Made by a program: the position numbers and the translations under genes
Assembly: GCA_002269645.1 (NCBI GenBank)
Contig: NIVC01000256.1
Span: 1-48,049 of the forward strand
Source of the DNA: Macrostomum lignano
Lineage: Eukaryota
Reading direction: 5' to 3'
DNA length: 48,049 nt
Notes under the pieces: generated by a model
The model's input: the letters and a program-made list of their open reading frames with translations, nothing else
What the model was told of the DNA's origin: nothing
The model's database searches: none
Part shown: positions 40,863 to 48,049 of the stretch, one piece after another
How the letters are laid out: each line of letters starts with the position of its first letter
Position numbering within the stretch: position 1 is the stretch's first letter

Positions 40863-43800
40863 GAGTAAATGCTTGAGTTGGAGCAGTTGCTATTTCTATT
40901 CATATGGCCTATTCTTCTAATTCTATTTCATGTGTAGCTCGTAAACATGAAACTCTGCTGGCCGTGAGTGTGAGGAAAAATGTTCCATTTTTTGGGGGAG
41001 AGTGTCGCGACTTTCCTAGTCATTTCTTAGTTCACCTTCACTTGTCTCTGTTTACTCTGGTTTCTCTCTCTGTCTAGCTCAATCTTGTTATTCTTATCTG
41101 TCTCCCTCGCCGCCTTCTGATTGGCTCTCCAGTCTCGCCTCTCTCTTCAGTCGCGCACTCCACCCCCCTCTCCTTATTATCTGGAGTCAACCCCCCTCTA
41201 AATTAGTCATATAAACATACTCGTTTGGGCCCTGTGCCCCATTTACTGCTCCAATTTAACTCCAATTAACTAGTCTTTAGTTTAGTATTAGTATTTTCTC
41301 TACACATGCTCAGAGTGGTTGAGAAATCAATCTTAGACCCCATGTCGGGTTTCCATTCTGGGCTGGTGTCGTAATAATTAGACTCAACTCAACTTTTCAT
41401 TCATCGTTTATCTCTTCGTTTCAAGTGACGTCTTGTGGCTAAAAAATTGATTATTGAAGATTGCCTATTTTCCATAAATATAGGCTCTGTCACAAATGAC
41501 AGAGATTGCGCAATATCTGAATAGGCCCTGGCTACAGATGATTTCTGCGATCTATTTATTGATAAACAAATTGCCTTAGTTTACAATGTAGCAGAGAGCA
41601 CCTTAAATTAAGACTTACCCACAGTGGCAGTTCAAAGTACGTGTGCGATTCTCTCGCAAAAGTTGTTACCTAAATAGACGCTCTTGCAGAGCCGATGTCT
41701 AACAGCGACTGGCTATGATAAACTGACTGTTCCATTCTAAGCCTGTTCGCTTCTTGATTTGTCTGGTCATGGGATATGCTTGTCCTGAAGAAGGCTGGGG
41801 CCATAAGAATTTAGTCTATGGCACAAACCTCTTCTGCCTTTGTGTAAGGAGGGGGGCTTGCAGGCTTATTGTCTTTTCTCTCAGCACGCCTACCATAGAC
41901 TATGAACTGGCTAGTGAAGCCTAAATGCGTGCGTGTTCTTTTGAAGGCAGACTGGGGAGGGTTGAAAATTTGGGCGCTAGATTTGATGATATTTATGGCT
42001 TTGTGGTTTGAACTGTGAGACTGAACTAGCAACCTCAGTGTGAGACTGAGAGCGTAGCAATTAAATCGACGTCGCAGTATTACCTCGAGTGCCGAAATCA
42101 ATGTACTCCTCGAGTGCAGAAATCAATATCAACGATGCGCCCTAATAACAAAATAAATTCTATAACAATACGAGGTCCTCTAGAAAATGCGTCTTCTTCT
42201 AGAACTAACGGAATCGGAGTCGTGTGCTCCCATCGGTTAATCTAGGATAATCCAAAATCAATAACTCAATAATCCTCTAAGGGTATCGGAATCGGTCCGC
42301 AGATCCTATCCAATCCCTTAGGAAAGGGAGGCCTCAAACTCAATAGTCTCAATAAAATCGACTGAACAGTAACGGCCGGCAATAACAATCGCTCTCAATA
42401 ATCAAAATAACGAAGACTTGAACAAAGCTTACCAATTGGTGTTTCTCTTCCTCAGAGATATAGCCTCGTTTGGCTGCTCTTGCAAAGCCCAAGATCTTTG
42501 GAGGCTGCTCCGAGTCTGAGATTTCAGTTCGGATTTTGAGTTTGTATTTATACACAATTTTTCGGCCTTGAGTCGACCTTGAGCTCAAAACCGGTTTTTT
42601 ATGAGTTCACGAAAGGAATTTTATTATTTGACTGGTGGGGTTTTTGAATAGAAAAGGGTGAGACTTGGGTCACATTCGGGTTAACATTTACCATATTTAG
42701 AAGTTCTAAAAATAGATGTCGAGAACAGGTTTTTCGAACAATAGCATAGTCACTCGCTGTTTGCGTGACATTACTGGTATTACTAAAATAGAGTATGACA
42801 CATAGCTATTTTTAAATTTGTGTTCATAATTTTATCTTACTACTTCTAGTAGGCTACCATGTTTGGAGATCTCTACACCCTTAGCAGAATTCCCTTTAGC
42901 ATCATTCCCCCTCAACATCATTCCCCTCAGCATCATTCCCCTCAGCATCATTCCCCCTCAGCATCACCCCCTTAGCATGGGAATGAGATTTTATGCTACA
43001 GGGTCCGAGCACACGAAAATTAACTGTAAATTTATTAGGTTCCAGCCATCATGTGAAAAGCAGAAGACCAATTTCAACGTCTTCTTCCCTAAAATATGAA
43101 GTTATGAAGCCTTCCAGACTCACTCCAATAGTTAGCCCTTTCCAAGACTTCTGGGTTTCCCGCTCTTGGACGGCTTTTCGGTAATAATCCAATTCTGTTT
43201 TTCGCACACTCCCGAGGACCTTTCTGCTGGAAGGTAGCCTGGGTGGACTCGTTCCTAGCACCGTCCCTGATTCCACTGTTGGGTTGGCGGTGTCTTGTAC
43301 CGTAGGCTTGAAGTCCCTCGCTCTTTCCCTAGCTTAAGCTGGGGCCCAACTAAATTGGTGACTCGGACTCCGAGCGGGTATCTCGGGTACACAGTTTTAT
43401 CTGTGCCCCTGGACAGTGCCCTCTTGCGGTAGAGCCCCTCCAAGGGCTGATCCGCGGGTAGCCCCGTAGCTTCCCACCCCCGTTTAACAACAACAAAATA
43501 TGAAGTTAAAAATGTGGGGGAGAGTCCAGGGCGCAAATGCGAGTAGATGAACTCAGAGTCCCAAGACCTTAGTCCCGACTTTGTGAGGGGACGCATTCAC
43601 GCCCCCTCTCTTGGCCCAGTTTCAGTTGGCCGGGTTGTGTACGCTTTTTCCCTCACAAAAAGCCTTCACATCCAGTCAGATAATCAGAATTCAATGGCTC
43701 AGTTGAGACAATTTTAGCAAGACATGGGAAGACTTAGCAACAAATGTGCTCAAACTGCACACAACGAGTTGCCTTTCTTCCCACTCTACTCATATTTTCC

Positions 43801-44162
43801 ATAGCTAGCCAGCATTAAACAAGCACAATGGTAGACGTGTGCCAATCATTGTTCTACTATCCGATATTCAGTATCCACAGTCTGGTGGTCCATACCTCTG
43901 TTTCATATAGTCCCAACGGAAAAGACTTTATAAACTGTACGATCGTGTCCACTCTTTCAAGCACCCTGACTTCTGAAGTCGGATCAATTTTAGTTGGCTG
44001 GGCAATCAGGGTGGGGCTGCGTTGCTGAGGATCAGAGGATCTCTATGCATATAAGCTGGACTGGTCTGTCTCGAAACCCCCAGCGCCAGTGTGAGCAAGA
44101 AAGTAAGCTGTGACTAAATGCAATAACTCTGTTCTGCTCCAAAGCCCGTACTAGTCAATGCC

Positions 44163-45317
44163 ATGAGAGCAAAGCAATATCTAATTCTGCTGTCCTGCGC
44201 TACAGTTCTTTTGATTGTGGTGGCGTCTCTATTCCGGTCCAACAGTTTGACCGCTTCAAAGTTAAAATTCATTCGCAAAGGCAAAGGCCGCACCGCTGCA
44301 AAGTCGCTGCCAACGCTAAGCGATGTCGAAATGGTCAAAAACTGCCCCCCGTACAACGAGCTCCGCAACGTCGACTTCAGGAACCCCAGCCTGCGGCACC
44401 GGCTGTGTCAGGAGACGCCGGCCTACCAGTTAGTCAGGGGCAAGTTTCCCCTGTGCGAGCTGAACAGGAACTTACCACAGCAGATGTACACCATTGTCAG
44501 ACAAGGGTCTCCTGTGGTCAACGTGACCCGAGCGATGGGTGGCCCATTAATGCCGCTATTCACCTTCGGCAAGGAGGACATGATTTCCGCGCATATGCTA
44601 AAACACAGCGAATGGGAAACAAGCTCTATTCGGACCATGCTCAACTTGTTAAAGAAGCTTCCCAAAAACACTGGGACGTTCCTCGATATCGGCAGCAACC
44701 TTGGCATCTACAGCCTGCAGGCCAGAGAGCTCGGGTATCCCGTGGTGGCCATCGATGCAAACATCCGCACACTGGTCAGGCTGCAAATGTCAGCGAAGCG
44801 GCTGAACTTGCTTGACGACAAGCTGAGGCTCTTCTGGGGCTTCATCAGCGACGACGTGGCGCTCAAACGGATCAGCTATAACGCAGACGACTTTGGCTGC
44901 CACGCTGGAAGCGGCTCAGTCGGATTGGCTGACTGGAAACGGCAGGTCACGAAGTTAATCGAGGACACGATTCCCGTGATGACTGTCAAAGCGGACGAGC
45001 TTAGAGCGCACATCGGCACCAAGAATGTGGTCGTCAAGATGGACATCGAGTCCGGTGAGCACCTGTTCATGAAGACTGGCGAGAGGCTGTTTCGAGAGCT
45101 CAATGTCATGGCGCTGCAGATGGAGTTCTGGCGGAAGCTCGGCCAGCGACCGCAATCGTCCAAATATTACGAGTTTGTAACGCGCTTCATGACCTCGAGG
45201 AACTTCTCTCTGCTGTCCATGAGTAGCTTCCGAGTGCAGAACATCTCTACATTCAACGAATGGGACGGACTGTGGGTTAGAAACGACTTTTTGGCTCAAG
45301 TTGCTAGGAATGGTTGA
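44163..45317 (+). CDS. FkbM-family methyltransferase, 384 aa (copy 2)
   Basis: Same ORF as 27143-28297. I saw 5 amino-acid changes (TVAK>TAAK, RKP>RNP, QKT>QET, PVAN>PVVN, NVST>NIST) and 2 synonymous changes. Confidence 0.88.
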   Translation: MRAKQYLILLSCATVLLIVVASLFRSNSLTASKLKFIRKGKGRTAAKSLPTLSDVEMVKNCPPYNELRNVDFRNPSLRHRLCQETPAYQLVRGKFPLCELNRNLPQQMYTIVRQGSPVVNVTRAMGGPLMPLFTFGKEDMISAHMLKHSEWETSSIRTMLNLLKKLPKNTGTFLDIGSNLGIYSLQARELGYPVVAIDANIRTLVRLQMSAKRLNLLDDKLRLFWGFISDDVALKRISYNADDFGCHAGSGSVGLADWKRQVTKLIEDTIPVMTVKADELRAHIGTKNVVVKMDIESGEHLFMKTGERLFRELNVMALQMEFWRKLGQRPQSSKYYEFVTRFMTSRNFSLLSMSSFRVQNISTFNEWDGLWVRNDFLAQVARNG

Positions 45318-46330
45318 TGCAACTTGCAGTTCCGGGAGCTCACTAGATGATATTGATGGCTAAGATCTTTTACACCTTATAAACTAGTTAAATGGGTACT
45401 TTTTCACAGCGAGAGTTGGGTTTTTATTAGCAGAATTCTCATAGAAAAGAGCTCCGCACTGTAAGTCTCATAGTACTTTTAACAAATTTTAAATTGGTCA
45501 TTTCTTTATGTTATAGATTTGACTTGGATTACGCAATTGCCTCAAAAGCAGAATTTCATGTGGCTATGAACGGCTATGAGTGCATATTTGTGCAGAAAGC
45601 TTAGCCTGAACTTAATCAGTTTCCAAAGCTTACCTTAGGTACTGTTGGGATCGTGCTGGATCGGATGTGACTTCCATTGTTCCAATTCTCGTTTCTCATG
45701 TTAGGTACCCTAGAACCATTAGTGAATGTTTCCTTTTGACTTGCTCAAGACAATTTTTGGGTGTCTATCGTACTGTTTTTTGTTTTCCTAAAAGAATGTG
45801 TGCTCGTCACTTGCTTCTGAGTTCTGCAGCAGCAGCTGTTTTCTTTTTCTCAGTCAGTACAGTTTCGAATGGTAATAAAATTTATTACTTCCTTTTTGCT
45901 TTTCTATTTTCGTTTCTGCGCAACCTAGCCTGGAAAATATATTATTGAAAAAATTGCTGCTTACTCATATATTAGGAGTATCCCTACTCTAATAACCAGC
46001 CTCTTCCTGTTGCTCATCTTGACAGCTTGGCTTGACTTTGTTTGCCTCACGATCATGAGACCGATAATGATGTCGCGCTGGCTAAATAAGACTAAAACGT
46101 TTCTTCTCGTAGCGCTAATACCAAGCCTTCAGGTGCAGACGAGTATGGGGAATGAAGGAATGTAGAATGAGAGGATTTGAGATGATGGGGTGAGGGGGCT
46201 TGTGCCCGTTTAACCTTGTTAATCCACCACCAAATGAGTTATAAAACCACCTTAATAATGTACAATGCTATGAAAAAACAAGTAGAAGCCGTGATTGCGG
46301 TAAAGTTGGTCTTTCCGTTTGACCGAGAGA

Positions 46331-47418
46331 TGCAAGCATCACTATTGGTTGCCGTCACTGCAAGCATGCAAGCATCCCTATTGGTTGCCGTCACTGCAAG
46401 CATCCTATTGGTTGCCGTCACTGCAAGCATCCCTATTGGTTGCCGTCACTGCAAGCATCCCTATTGTTGCCGTCACTGCAAGCATCACTATTGGTTGCCG
46501 TCACTGCAAGCATCACTATTGGTTGCCGTCACTGCAAGCATCACTATTGGTTGCCGTCACTGCAAGCATCCCTATTGGTTGCCGTCACTGCAAGCATCCC
46601 TATTGGTTGCCGTCACTGCAAGCATCACTATTGGTTGCCGTCACTGCAAGCATCACTATTGGTTGCCGTCACTGCAAGCATCCCTATTGGTTGCCGTCAC
46701 TGCAAGCATCCCTATTGGTTGCCGTCACTGCAAGCATCCCTATTGATTGCCATCACTGCAAGCATCACTATTGATTGCCATCACTGCAAGCATCACTATT
46801 GGTTGCCGTCACTGCAAGCATCCCTATTGGTTGCCGTCACTGCAAGCATCACTATTGGTTGCCGTCACTGCAAGCATCCCTATTGGTTGCCGTCACTGCA
46901 AGCATCCCTATTGGTTGCCGTCACTGCAAGCATCACTATTGGTTGCCGTCACTGCAAGCGTCCCTATTGGTTGCCGTCACTGCAAGCATCACTATTGGTT
47001 GCCGTCACTGCAAGCATCCCTATTGGTTGCCGTCACTGCAAGCATCCTATTGATTGCCATCACTGCAAGCATCACTATTGGTTGCCGTCACTGCAAGCAT
47101 CACTATTGGTTGCCGTCACTGCAAGCATCCCTATTGGTTGCCGTCACTGCAAGCATCACTATTGGTTGCCGTCACTGCAAGCATCCCTATTGGTTGCCGT
47201 CACTGCAAGCATCCCTATTGGTTGCCGTCACTGCAAGCATCCCTATTGATTGCCATCACTGCAAGCATCACTATTGGTTGCCGTCACTGCAAGCATCACT
47301 ATTGGTTGCCGTCACTGCAAGCATCCCTATTGGTTGCCGTCACTGCAAGCATCACTATTGGTTGCCGTCACTGCAAGCATCACTATTGGTTGCCGTCACT
47401 GCAAGCATCACTATTGGT
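46331..47418. repeat. 28-bp tandem satellite (copy 2), ~39 units including several truncated ones
   Basis: Same unit as 29311-30477, with a different variant order and partial units (e.g. CAAGCATGCAAGCATCCC near 46361). Confidence 0.98.
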
Positions 47419-47946
47419 GATAAATCAAAGCCCATTAAAGCCCAAAGGAAGGGACGTGAATAGAATGACTCCTACGAGATTTTTATTCAAGTGACTTATA
47501 AGTAGTTTATTTGAAAATTAATAATAAAGAAAAGCCGACAAGTTTCATTTAATAAAGTATTTGATTAGAGACTAACATATAATAGTAACAATATAAAAAT
47601 CATTGCAGCGCCAAACGTCAAATACGGTGGCTCCTTGCTCAGATAATTGCTTTTCAGCGCGTTCTCGAATCTTTATTATTATTGCGGCTGAATTAAAAGC
47701 TAGCAAGCTTGTGAAAATTATTTGATCGTCCTGGAAAATGGCTTCACGTTAAATGTCTTGATCATCTATTGTAAATTTAGATTTTTCTTTGCCAACACTT
47801 ATACCACTTATTTCAGTCAGTTCCAGCTGGAACCCTTGAGTACGCGTGCACTTATATCAGTCAGTGCCAGCTGGCGCTCTTGAGTACGCGGTACTTATAT
47901 CAGTCACTGCAGCTGGCACTCTTGAATACGCGTGCACTTATATCAG

Positions 47947-48049
47947 TCAGTTCCAGCTGGCCCTTAGCGGACTCTTGAGGTCCACCCCCACCAGGTTGCT
48001 GACGGAGAGCCAGCCGTTGCTGTACATAAACTGCCTCTTCCTGCCATTC
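47947..48049 (-). CDS. 3' end of the last exon of a second GH31 glucosidase copy (truncated by the window)
   Basis: Matches 31005-31107 (NGRKRQFMYSNGWLSVSNLVGVDLKSPLRASWN*) with one synonymous change. Confidence 0.85.
   Translation of the reverse strand, partial: NGRKRQFMYSNGWLSVSNLVGVDLKSPLRASWN

Larger units (their letters stand above)
40918..48049. repeat. Segmental duplication copy 2 (runs off the window end)
   Basis: Colinear with 23894-31107, differing by scattered SNPs, small indels and the satellite structure. Confidence 0.97.

Overview
Eukaryotic (metazoan) genomic DNA. GC-rich exons, 74-90 bp GT-AG introns, AT-rich spacers and many minisatellites resemble a free-living flatworm such as Macrostomum (inference only). 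I reconstructed four host genes by hand: (1) a 4-exon melatonin-receptor-like class A GPCR (8626-9973, +, 368 aa); (2) an intronless 122-aa secreted six-cysteine orphan protein (21154-21522, -); (3) an intronless type II membrane FkbM-family SAM methyltransferase, present twice (27143-28297 and 44163-45317, +); (4) an 8-exon trefoil + GH31 alpha-glucosidase (31005-37612, -, 906 aa), with the 3' end of a second copy at the window edge. About 23894-31107 recurs at 40918-48049 at roughly 99% identity outside the satellite, which implies a ~17 kb tandem duplication of the methyltransferase + glucosidase pair (or an unmerged haplotype). The rest is mostly decayed mobile DNA: Ty3/Gypsy, a Crypton tyrosine recombinase, P/THAP9, two Harbingers, an RNase H-bearing LINE, a Tc1/IS630-like element with long inverted repeats, a Helitron, a tRNA-derived SINE family and several tandem arrays. 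There is no CRISPR array, rRNA or true tRNA gene. No clearly new system is proven. The best leads are the co-duplicated methyltransferase/glycosidase cassette and the orphan secreted protein.
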